Assembly (NCBI RefSeq): GCF_003704095.1
Contig: NW_020846357.1
Coordinates: forward strand, 682,001-746,000
DNA from: Pocillopora damicornis
Taxonomy: Eukaryota
Direction of reading: 5' to 3'
DNA length: 64,000 nt
Part shown: piece by piece, positions 12,401-23,379 of the stretch
Layout: each line of letters opens with the position of its first letter
Position numbering within the stretch: the stretch's first letter is position 1
Program-made: the position numbers and the translations under genes
Notes under the pieces: model-generated
Database searches by the model: none
Seen by the model: the letters and a program-made list of their open reading frames with translations, nothing else
What the model was told of the DNA's origin: nothing

Positions 12401-15400
12401 TCGGTCAATTAGTCGGTTAGCTAGTTAGTTGGTCAATCGGTCAGTCAGTTGGTCAGTCAGCCAGTCAAGTACTCACCACACATTTTCCTTCAATGCAGAC
12501 ATCAAACACATTTTTATTCCCCTCACAACGAGTCCCATCCGTGACGTCGCCAAAATAATATCCTCTACCCCCGGTCACGCAAGCCAAAGTACACTTGCTA
12601 CTGCCTGATTAGGAATAAGAGAAATGACGAGTTCATCAATTCCTTGCAATGCTGTACTTTTATAGAAATTCAACACAAAGTGTTTTAAAAGAAAAAAAAG
12701 GGACGTGCTGGATTCAGCAGCGTCAACTCAGTGCCAGGTTTTCTAGAATTCTCCATTGCAAAGTATATATTGCAATGTCAACTAAAGTTTCCCCAAGCAA
12801 ATTTAATGTTATTACCTCCCAAAAAGTGAGGACGGTATTTCGTACTGTCCGTGTTGTGTGCTTCACATTGCTGATGACGAAAACGATCAACACTGCACTC
12901 CTGAGGGGGAAAACATACAAGCAGTTGTAAATTCATGCTTTCCTCTTCAAGTCAACCAATGATTTAGCTAACTTGCATTTTGTAAACATGTCAAAAAACA
13001 TCAGTTTAAGTTTAGCTGAACTGTAAAATCTTTCAATGAAACACTCGAGGTTGAGGTGAGACGACCCCCACACGTCGTATTTTGTTGATATCCCTTATCA
13101 TCAGCTTTAACCAACGGTCAAGGCAATGAAATACGTCTCCATTAAATACACAAATAATTTTCCTTAACTGAACAACGAACCTGAGTGTTACACATTTCAA
13201 AGTGACCTTTGCTGGATCCCTCGCACGCTTTTCCGTAGAATTTAGGTCTTCAGGAAAAAGGAAGAAAGACGTGTTCATTTAGTTTAAAATTCTGGATTTT
13301 AGGACAACATTGGTGTTAAGATAAGTACGATGCTTACACTGGGTTGTTGCACTGTCGACTTCGGTATCTCACCCCTCCCCCACAAGTTCGTGTACACGCT
13401 TCATACGATCCCCAAGAGCCCCACCCACCGTCAATTGGCCCTGGTACTCTTGGTTCATGTCTGCAATGTCCGGCCAGGCAGATCTAAAGAAAAAAAAGAT
13501 TAAAAACTTAAGAAAACCGCCTATTCTTTCTTGAGAACTCTTAAAGTTTTCTAAAATCGTATTTAGCAGTTTTACCTTCCTGATGCCACATAACGTTCCC
13601 TCAGCGATTGGTGAAGATCTAGTGAAGCAGCTTCCTCCTTTTCCTTCACAGAAAAGTGCTCCGCAGCTTTCCTAAGAAAAACATTTATCAACTTTCTTTA
13701 ATGTCTGAGAGTGCACAGTCTAATTCATGGACAAACTCATCCCCTGAAGCAAAGCCCATGTAATTGACAAGATCTTACAGACTATGATATCTGAGTTCAT
13801 ATAAAATGGACGAAGCATTTTCGCAATACTCAAGTCAATTAAAAAATTTCATCAAATTTATCTGATGAAAGAATTACTCTACTAGCGCTACTCGTGAATA
13901 CATCTATCATCTCATATCCAACGCATGTACACGGAAGAGATGCTGAATATACCATAGTGGCCAGTCAAGAGCTCATAGCCTAACAGATAACTCCTCAGTG
14001 TTCTTGAATGGGTCAAAGCTGGTACCTTCTGTGATACGTGACGTCCATGACGTCACTGAGAGAAACTCGGCAAGAAAGTTACTTCTCATCTCACACTTAG
14101 CGCAAACTAACACAGGACAAACGACCATGGAATCGGCTTTACAATCGCTACCAATCTTAACTGTAGAACTAAACTATACAATTCTTTAGCTTCTCTTAAG
14201 AAGCTTTTTCTATGGCGTACTTACTCTAAGTGTTGGACCGCACACAGTATAGTCTTTCCCATAGGCCATTTGGCACTGTTCGTCAGCTGAAAAGAGAGGA
14301 GGAAGACTGGGGAGAGGAAGCTGTGCCGGTGGTTGGTTGTGTAAGCATTTGTGTAACCTGGGAGTAAAGATGCAATTTGAGTATCGAGATTGAAACTTAC
14401 CCTACACAAGATTCCTAATCTTAATCTTTCTGGATAACAAGTAAATTAAGAGGTAGTTTCCTCTTGCTTTCCTGTTTTCAAGACAAACTCAAGTAAGGTA
14501 AAACTGGGGCTTCGACGGGATTCGAATCTGTGCTTCCCAGATACCACCAACTGGGCAACTAAGGCACACGTCGGAAGTGGGAAATATTCTTCCTTGACTT
14601 GTTTATTAAAGTTCAGATGTTTTGCACTTCGTGAGCAGATCTAGAGACAAGGAGGAACAACAATAAATACTTACGTAAACCTCTCTTTCAGTTTCTTCAT
14701 GCTGCAAGGGGACCAATGGAATGCGTTCGGGCCATGAGCCTGTTGCCTGTGCATGATAGCTCCCATCCTGTGGCAGTCCCCATTATCATGCCCTACACCA
14801 ATGCTATGGGAGATAAAAACAGAATCAATCCAAGGTACTGAATATCCCGTGAAGACAGATCTTTTCTCGTATAGGCTTGATGCCTATGTATGATAGTTCC
14901 TATCTCGTGGCAGCTTCCGTTATCATGCCCTACACCGATGCTACAGGAAATAAAAACAGAATCAATTTTGGTTACTGAATATTTGATAAAGACACAGCTC
15001 TTTTCTTGCAAGTTTCATTTAAATTTTCATTCAAACTTTTTTCGCTGAGTTGCCCGCATATATTGTGAAATGTTCGTCACACAAATTGTTGATACCATGC
15101 ATTTTTGGCGGAGAAAGATAGATTCCACCGAAGCATATTTCGTGAAAAGAAATTGGTTATTTTCGGGAAAACCGGAGATTTCAGGAAAAGGCTATTCGTA
15201 AGATTATGTTTGTAATGAGTGCCACATACTAATTCAGAACCATTTGGCGACAAATTAAAGTAATTATCGATGATTTGAGATAAGTTTTAGCTAAAAATTT
15301 GAATACGAAAAAAAAGAATAACAGACCAAGAGAACTGGTGATACCTTTGCACTGAGACATACACCTACAATAACGATTCAGTGTTAGTTCAAATTATGTC

Positions 15401-18400
15401 TTCGGGTTAAGTTCCATGTTCATGAGAGAGAACCAATTAACAAGGCAGAAACAGTATTACAAATAAGAATTACTTGTGAGCCACTTCGTGCGTCACAGTG
15501 TATGCTGCACTGAGTCCAATAGCCACGTTTATGCTCACGCCAGGGTATTTGCCACAAAGTCCCATATTTGCGACCCCTGTTAGGAGATAGCAACGTTAAA
15601 TATCAATAAAATTTCAAATTAAAATGCAACTATCAGCAGTGTCTCATTCTCGAAGTGCTTCTTAGTCCAACGATTCCTAGTCGCTCTGGTACTTCGCTTT
15701 TGTACATTTGAAAGTAGGTGAGAAAACCACAGAGGCCGAAGAATATTCAACGAGTCGAGGCAATGGCATCGACCACAAACAAATGCAATCCCATAATTAT
15801 ACTCAATTTGGTCTGGTAGTTGAACCTAGACCATAGTAGTGGGAGAGGGGGGAGGGGAGGAATTTCTTTGATGCGCCTGTGAGGTCTCTATTACTTAAAA
15901 AAGAAGCAAGCAGATATTTGTATTGAAAACAAAAAACAAAAAACAAAAAAAACATACACAAGTAAATTAATTTGCCAATAAGTGCACGTGAACTGAGTTT
16001 TAAGCTCATCCTTACCATTGATGGAGCAGCTGTTCAGACCGCATACGTTCCTGTTTCCAACAAAAGATAAAATGTTTTGTCATAAATGAACGAATGGTTA
16101 AAGTTTACTCTAACTTACATGTGTTATCATGTTTAGTTATTTTGTGTGCCAACCCCATTTTGGTGCAATGAAACCGAAAATAGAGTATTTTAAAGAACTG
16201 AAAGAAAAAAAGCGCTCGAAAACGTAACTGATTAAGTCGCCATTTTTTTTTTAACTTTGCATTGGATTGGTTCAGAGGGTGTCGCGTGCTTTATAGACCA
16301 ATCACATGGCGCATTTAAATAAAAACGATTCAATACAGATTTTATATGAATGTCCACTTGAAAATGCTCATGATGATACTTACCTTGTAAGCATGGCAGC
16401 AATATCATAATGTTCTTGTTTACCATTTGCAGGGTTCCTATCGAAGGCCCAATTTTTGAATTTCCCATGGTACGATCCTGCAGAGCGTATGTTGTTTGCT
16501 GCAAAGTCCAAGTCCGGCTATTCGTAAAGACAGGAAAAAACAAACAAACAAAACCAATTAAAAAAATTATAAATTTTATTGATGTATAAATTGCAGGTTT
16601 TGATAACTCCCACTTACGTCGAACCCTTCGATGAGGAAGACCTTCGTGAGAACCCAGGACACGGGCATTCCAATGGACTTATCTTTGTAAAGCCGATTGA
16701 CCTATATGAAAATTGAACCAAGAAAAGTTTGAAAAAAAAATGTTAAAAATGGAAAGTCAAACAGCTTCGCATTTACCTAGTTAACCTGATCGTTTGGGCG
16801 GCGGAACGGATCGAGGGCTCTGGTCCCAATGGTGTCTATGACTTGTGTCGATAAACATGGCTTCGATTATTGCATTACCTATATTTTTTCCGGAGGCAGT
16901 TTAATTTGAAATCAGGAAAAGAATAATTCAATTGGGAAGCCAACAGGATCGTAGATTCGAGGCTGAGATTGACTAACTAGCACATGGGTAAATTTTAAAT
17001 AATATTGAATTGAATATCCATATTGCCTTGCACGAAATATTTAATTTGGCAAAAATAAAAACAACTCTTTATTTATCTATGTTTCACTAAGAACTGAAAG
17101 TCCATCTTATTATTACTAGATTAGCAATGTTCAGGAGGTAGTCAAGTGTGCCGTTGCCATAGAAATCGCAGGTTGTTTTGTCAGCGGTAAGCATGGCCTC
17201 GATATATATATTGCCATTGTAAATGTTGTCACGTTTAGTTCTACTCTTGGGAGTCTCGGTCTGATCAACTTGGATCTCCTCTTGTTCTTGCGTCTTCCCT
17301 GGTAATTAGGGAAAAATGAAGCACCGTTGGAAATCTTAAAATGATCTCTAAATTGTTGGCAAAAAACTGACGACTGCGCAAGGGCAGAGGTGGTGAGGGG
17401 AGGGGGGGGGAAGGCGATCACCTGGTATGGAGAGGAAAATTTACTTAAAAAGATTGGCATTAACTGTTCTGACTCGCTTTGAGTAAATAAAAACAGGACT
17501 GTGGTGTGACCCCCCCCCCCCTGCTAATTCACAATGCCTTTGTGATCACAAGAAATCGGAAAGAAAGAAAAAGTGAACAATGGAAATGCTGGTTTTCCAA
17601 GTGGAGTAATGTTATGATATAAGTTGGTTTATATCCAGGGTCTTGTTTGTAAAATAAATTAGAAATACCTTTATTATGAGTCGACATAAGGTTTTGGTTT
17701 AGCATATCTCGAATGCTTCGTTTGGAGATAACATGGTACTCGGATCCTTGTAATGCCGCTCGCCGATGAAGATGACTTGACAGAGGCTCCAAATGGTACA
17801 GATGGCCACCACTCACTAAAGCACCACTCTACAAGATTTACAATTTTTAATAACTTTTTGTGGACCGCTTTCAAGAGATGAGCCAAGCTCATTAGAGACT
17901 TACAGCATCATTCCCACTAATATCTGTTAATAGCCAAGCCAAAGACGCAAATTCTGCCTAGGCGGACTTCTTTTTTCCGCAAATCACTCACTAAACCTCT
18001 CGCTCTGAGTTAGTTATAATTATTCCTTTGAGACTGGATACTTTCAGAATAAAAATAGCCTTGCTCTGCGGCCATTTAAACAACACCTATATTAAGCCTG
18101 TAGTCTCTTTCCTTCACTCTCTATTGCTTGGAATTAAAAACTCTGTACTTTAAATCTCAAAAAAAAAAAAAAAAAAAATGACGCCGAAATATCTTACGAC
18201 GGTGACGTATTTTCAGATTAGCATAACTTACCAGCTGACCCTTATCATCAGTCTCCCGAACAGCTACATGAGAATTTGGATCCGAAGTTACGTGACCCTC
18301 ATAAAATATTCCATGTGGACGGTGGATCTCTTTGACAACCATACCGTCTCTTTTTCGCCTCTTTATGGGCAGCCCTGTGTCGGGAATGACGTCATCATTT

Positions 18401-19244
18401 TGTTGCAACGTCAGTGCAAAGTCTTTTCCAAATGCTGACAGTCTGTAGTCCTGCTTTGTGGAAAATGGACTTCGCTTGCCTCTGTGTTTATAGATTCGTA
18501 CGACATCGTATTCTGGAACTAAGGATAGACACTAATGTTAAAATTATTGCTTTACTAACGTCAAAATTCGCTGGTTGGGAAAGAAAAGCGTCATGTGATG
18601 CATCATGTGTGCATCATGTCATCATCACGAAAGCATCATGTGAGACACCTGACCTGATTCGTGGGAATCTGTATGTAAATATCTTCTTAATTCATCATTT
18701 GATAGAAAAGTATGGAGGTCTTGTCTTGCAGCGGCTCTCCTCTGTAAAACAGCACAAATTATAGCTATCAAATCATCAGTTATATAGTAATTTTTCGGAG
18801 AGTCAAATGCATTCCCGAGCACCAATTCAAAGCGAAAAGTATATTCTGAAATAGTTACAGCTGTTGAGTGTGTATGGAAACAAGAAAAATCGTTTCAATT
18901 TAGAAGAGGAATTTGGCTGTCGGCCTTCCAACGAAAGTATCGTTATTTGCAGTTTGGTTGTTAGGTGTTAAGAGATTGTTCGAAAGTAAAGTATAATTAA
19001 ACTTAAATTTGGGAAAACTCTTAATGAGAGAATCAACCTTAAACGAAAAACCGATTTTTCTTGGTTGACTGAATGCTCCTTTAATTTTTCTCTCTGTGAG
19101 GTCCCTTTGAGGTAGACTGCTTTAATTTCATGAAGCTTATTTCCCTTGTTGTAAATACGTTCCCTGAGATTATTACATTTACGTCCTACTCACCTGGTAG
19201 AGGAAGAGGGTTAGATGCAGAACAAGTGAGAAAAATCGACTCAT
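6423..19244 (-). CDS. ADAMTS-like secreted metalloprotease with thrombospondin repeats, 25 coding exons, ~1124 aa
   Basis: Exons in transcription order: 19194-19244, 18654-18741, 18232-18518, 17669-17828, 17117-17298, 16618-16701, 16384-16517, 16016-16050, 15474-15576, 14675-14803, 14225-14357, 13576-13671, 13338-13483, 13181-13247, 12816-12900, 12477-12604, 12050-12173, 11489-11578, 11022-11191, 10500-10629, 9963-10089, 9361-9568, 8378-8564, 7116-7418, 6423-6550. All GT-AG, phases consistent, 3375 nt total. Signal peptide, prodomain ending RTKR, HEVAHNIGVGHD zinc motif, IMH Met-turn, disintegrin-like domain, TSP1 ([17 protein letters not shown]), Cys-rich domain, spacer, 4 further TSP1 repeats and a WSC-like module. 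Confidence 0.93.
6684..6870. repeat. Two fragments of an interspersed repeat (Penelope/retrozyme-like family): minus-strand tail plus plus-strand degenerate head
   Basis: 6684-6756 is roughly the reverse complement of 7845-7930; 6788-6870 (cgacgaagggcgaacgctcgaaacgtgagctttt...) matches 7799-7875. Confidence 0.6.
7116..7418 (-). CDS. WSC-like module exon of the ADAMTS gene (303 nt, phase 1-1)
   Basis: IGCFMD...RPL...NFRNGIDW...VKKCA...[13 protein letters not shown]...GCWEGVG...NYVY resembles WSC-type Cys modules; acceptor ttcag at 7419-7423, donor gtaag at 7111-7115. Confidence 0.75.
7796..7930 (+). repeat. Interspersed repeat headed by a minimal type I hammerhead-ribozyme-like motif
   Basis: gct-CTGACGA-a-tggc-aaac-gcta-GAAA-CGTC-agc: core boxes, 4-bp stem II and 3-bp stem I. 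Same family at 6788, 38270, 49415 and 56365. Confidence 0.6.
7940..8350. repeat. C/T-rich low-complexity tract including (TTTTCTTCCT)n-like units; similar tract at 7590-7790
   Basis: Almost pure pyrimidine on the + strand inside an ADAMTS intron. Confidence 0.85.
12320..12468. repeat. Degenerate tetranucleotide microsatellite (AGTC/GGTC/AGTT)n
   Basis: cagtcagtcagtcagtcggtcagttagtcggtc... directly visible, intronic. Confidence 0.85.
14505..14566 (-). mobile_element. tRNA-derived SINE head fragment
   Basis: Minus strand reads gccttagttgcccagttggt...gattcgaatcccgtcgaagcccc (A-box/B-box-like) with no complete cloverleaf. Confidence 0.5.
14804..14968 (-). repeat. Partial tandem duplication of the acceptor and 5' half of ADAMTS exon 10
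   Basis: attgattctgtttttatttcctgtag|CATCGGTGTAGGGCATGATAAC (acceptor 14941) vs attgattctgtttttatctcccatag|CATTGGTGTAGGGCATGATAAT (acceptor 14804); offset 137 nt. Confidence 0.85.
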
Positions 19245-21878
19245 TTCTCTTTCTCTGTGGTCGAGGTCTTAAACAGACCCTAAGAGTGCCAACCGGCAAA
19301 TTTGAGTAAACGGCGAATCATTGAAAAACGTTTCGTGAACGCCGTTTTTATGTCTGCTCAGAGATGGCAAAGAAGACAAAGCCCAGGAAATCCTTCGGAA
19401 AACAAGCTCTCTTTGAAATTTGATCCTCCTGCGTGCGGGGTCTATTAAGAAGCTTTGAACGCACTTAGATGAGGAAATTTACTGATGGCCTCTCAGTTAA
19501 TGGAGTTTTTCTATAACTGTTGAGATATCTCCATTCAATTAAGAACTTGAAACAAGATATCCGATGCCAGTAGTTTGTAATAACGAAAGTCAACAAAACT
19601 AAAATAGTTATACCGTGTTTCTTTTTCTGCGTATTTGTTTCCTTGGCCTCGTTGAGCGTTTTGTTAACCCGTATGACTTCGTCGTTCATTTTAAAAAAAA
19701 AAATACTAGTTAGACCAAGACTTGGTTTTTTATTTAGTTTCTTTTTCCGTAATTTTTTTGGTCTCTTTCATTCTCTAATCTGTTGGTTGTGGAAATTATG
19801 GTCTTTTAACATTGTAAGGTCTCTTTCGATCTCTTTAAAACTTTTACAATTAGCATGGACTACACTCCCTAAGTTAGTTCTGTTTATTCAGAACTTGTCG
19901 GACGCTTTTGAGTTACGTTCTTTTTTTGATTCAAATTGGTTGATTCAACAGTTGAAAACTATTTTAAAAAATGAAAACGTATTGCTACTTTGTGCCAAAA
20001 GGAAAAGAACTGAATTAAAATTTGACCGACAGCACAGATCGCATCTGGCAGAATCCTAAAAGGAAGTGAATTTCGTCTATAATTTTCTTTCATGTTACAT
20101 TTTTAATCCGCAAAAACCCCAACAAAGGAAGATTAAAGGAAATAAAAAAAAACATTTCCTCTTCCAAAAGGGATCAAAGCAGTTTGGGAAGTGTTAAATG
20201 TCTGTTTAAATTTGCGTTAAACCAAAAACAAAAAAATTCCGCAGTTTATTACTGTGGGAACATTGTGATCCATAGCACCTGGATAATTTACAATAAATAT
20301 CATTTTGTATTAAGCCAAGCCTTTACGGTTTTTTTCACACAAATGCAAGATTATTCCTAACAGTTTTTTCCCAGCATTTCTCTGTTCTGCAATGATGAAA
20401 GCCGGAAAAGAAGCTCCATAAATATTAATTATCATTTATCATCATTTTATTTTGGAGTTTGGGTCTATTCGTAACGACAGTTTCTTTGCCAAAGATGCTT
20501 TTCCAAGTTTCACTGTGCGGTAAATAAAAAAAATTAAAAATCGAGTTTATGACATTTAGAGCTATGTAAAAATTATATGTGTCTATTAGAGATCATGACA
20601 CATTCAGTCCAACTGACATACTTACATGGAAAAAAATTACACCACTTTTTGTCTAAGACAATTTGGAAGCGATTATTAACAAGATCGATTTTGACGTTCA
20701 AAGCAGCTTTGTTCTGAAAATCAAATATTTGCTCATATATCCCCGATCCACAGTGAAGACATCTACATAAACGGAAAAGAGTTCAACTCATTTAAATAAC
20801 TCGTTCGAAAGCGAGTCTAGAGAAGTGCTCGGTTTATTTACCACCAAGATTACATGACACAGGGTACCTAAACTCACGCGCTGCAATTCCTAGTTAAACT
20901 AATTAGTTTATATATTATCCACAGTTCCCAAATCGACGAGACTAGTTTTATCTATAAAAATAATTCAGCGATTTGGTCCTTCTCGCGCGTTTTGGCACTT
21001 CTTTCGCCCGAGCCGAGCTTGTATCAGATAAATAATTTCAACATATTCATGCCAAAATAGTGTTCATTTGATTTGGCCTGGGCATGAACATGCATACATT
21101 GTTTTCAATTAACATGGTTTCTTGAATTCGTGAATTATGAGCTTCAATTTTCAACATGAAAGAAAAAAGGGCTTTGGTACCAGGTATAAACATGAATATT
21201 TAGTTTTCTCTTTTCTCTGTAATGATTTTCCTACCAAATGCTTCACGGGAAGAAGTAAGTTGTAAGTTTATTAACGCAAAATCTCTCTGATATCATTATT
21301 TTAATTTGAGGTTTTCAAGTCTAATTTAAACGGGTCAGTGAAGCGAACTGTGGCAAAAAAATTTACATAACGGCTTTTCCTATTTACCTCACAGTCATCT
21401 TCGTATGGCAAAGAGAAACTTGATATTTCGTATATAATTTTCTGCCTTTAGAGTTTCTTCTGGTGTTGTTTATTTGTTTTTTCTTCTTTTTCGTGAGTAG
21501 AACAAGATTGATTCTTCATATTGCTGAGATTATAATATCAAGCGTGCATAGTAACAAAAATAAACACTGTATTTGAAACAATGTTATGTTGGTTTCCAAC
21601 CTGGTCATTATGCTCAGAATGTACGTCGTTTATAATACTTCTGATAAAACAGCTTTTTTATGGCGGTGTTTATGAACGCCACTGACCGCGCTAAGAGCGT
21701 CGATCAATGAATTACACTCCATTTAAATCGTTCGGAGGATAATATATGTTGACAAGAATCAGGGTAATATACTGACTGATGTCGTGATATATTGGACTTA
21801 GCGTGATGTTCCTTTCAATTTGAAGTCTTAAATGGTATCGTGCGAGTGATCCCTTACTCCTGACTGATTTTTGTTCAG

Positions 21879-22508
21879 TTACTCGAAGTAAACGCCGTAT
21901 ACAGTAGCCACAGCGAATAACGTGCCATTTTCGATACTTGCTGTGACATGCGTGTCTGAATCCGGGTTCCACAAACATCGACTTGCGACCCTTAGACCTT
22001 GATTATGTTTCGACCCAACGTTGACAACACAGACAAGCTTATATCGTTCAATATTAAGACTCTTTACTTGTTCCATAATCCTTGAACTCAGCAGCTTTGT
22101 GAGGAATCCAAACTCGGAGCCTGAATAAGTCAACGCGCCTAACAACGCCTCCAAACTGTTTTTAATGATCTCCCTTACTTCTCGCTGAGGAAATTTCCTC
22201 TTCGGCTCCATGCGGTACGTATTCTCAACCTCTTGCTTCTTCACGTCTCCTTGAAAGTCGTTCCCCGCCTGATCGCGGAGGGAATCAGACAGTCCGCGCC
22301 ATGACCGGTAAGGTGAAACATACGAGGTCGCCTTGGAAGTTTTTCGTCCAGGTTGGATAACCGAAATGCGTCGGGAGGACGATGTTGTGCTCGCCTCTGA
22401 CATCGCTGACATGCGTCTCGCTGAGGTACGCGAGGCGTTATCATCCTCCGAAGATGATTGGATAGGGTCTTGAAAGCTTAGAAAGCGAGGTTTTGGCTCC
22501 AATTCCAT
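21879..22508 (-). CDS. Tctex1-domain dynein light chain (TCTEX1D1/DYNLT5-like), single exon, 209 aa
   Basis: ENTYRMEP..KF, RYKLVCVVNVG...QGLRVASRCLW...D......N.TLFAVATVYGVYFE is the typical Tctex-1 domain; Ser/Arg-rich N-terminal extension. Confidence 0.92.
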   Translation of the reverse strand: MELEPKPRFLSFQDPIQSSSEDDNASRTSARRMSAMSEASTTSSSRRISVIQPGRKTSKATSYVSPYRSWRGLSDSLRDQAGNDFQGDVKKQEVENTYRMEPKRKFPQREVREIIKNSLEALLGALTYSGSEFGFLTKLLSSRIMEQVKSLNIERYKLVCVVNVGSKHNQGLRVASRCLWNPDSDTHVTASIENGTLFAVATVYGVYFE

Positions 22509-22923
22509 TCTTGTAAGAAAGTGTAACTATAACATGGGTCAATAGTAGGATTACAAATAAACAGCGCGTTGCCAAAGGTTCCCTGGCTCTCTACGGCTGC
22601 AGATGTACCGGTTCGGTGAACACAATTGTGTGTCATCATCTATGTAGTGGTAAAGAGGTTACGTCAAAGCATTTTTAATTACTTTGCCTATGGCGTTCAG
22701 GAAACGTTCACAAAAAAATATTCATTTTGGCAAAAAAGAAAATCAAAACAGGATGATTAAACGGAAACTGAATAAACAAGGATTTTTACGGATTTCAAAC
22801 TACCAACTTGAGATATTGATAGAAGCCATTTTTTTCAAGACGCACAGTACGTGACGTAGCTCTTCCTAACAAATTGATGCACTGTCAGAAAAATTTCTCT
22901 CCTTCCCACGTTCGTTATTTATG

Positions 22924-23111
22924 ATTAAAGTACAGGGTTTGCAGAGTGAGAATGATTAATCTGTTACAGACGCTAGTCTCACGTGCTCTTAAGAAACGAA
23001 TGACAACTTAACGGTTGATGGTTTGTTACTAGTAATTAAAGTACGGAGTTTGTAGAATGAAAATGATTAATCTATTACAGTCGCTAATCTCACGTGATCA
23101 AAAGAAACGAA
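22924..23111. repeat. Direct duplication of a ~77-bp unit (22924-23000 and 23035-23111)
   Basis: attaaagtac...tttg.aga.tga.aatgattaatct.ttacag.cgcta.tctcacgtg...aagaaacgaa occurs twice. Confidence 0.8.
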
Positions 23112-23379
23112 AACAACGACCTACAACATTAAATACACATAAAACAATTAACTTGTTGGAATGACTTAATAAAGTTTACTTCAAATAAGTGTTGTTTTGG
23201 AACTCAGATGTATAATTTGCAACACTCATATGTGTCTACTTTTATTTCTCTTTGTTCATATCTATTGCTTTTCATTTTCCCCTCTTTTGGCCCGTTTATT
23301 ACCGAAAACAGATCATGAAAAATCACGAATCAACAATGGCTTTTCAGAAGACTTAATGGAACAGATACAATTGCAACTT

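Noticed and set aside
14505-14566. tRNA gene (also 27405-27480)
   Set aside because: Only degenerate A/B boxes and no full cloverleaf; better explained as SINE heads.
17131-17460. 109-aa ORF on the minus strand
   Set aside because: Wrong frame over ADAMTS exon 5; the spliced frame gives [18 protein letters not shown].
19465-21700. ORFs upstream of the ADAMTS gene
   Set aside because: AT-rich intergenic sequence with poly-A/T runs and no splice-consistent model.
22568-22582. RFX X-box upstream of the Tctex1 gene (GTTGCCAAAGGTTC)
   Set aside because: Only one good half-site; not supportable.
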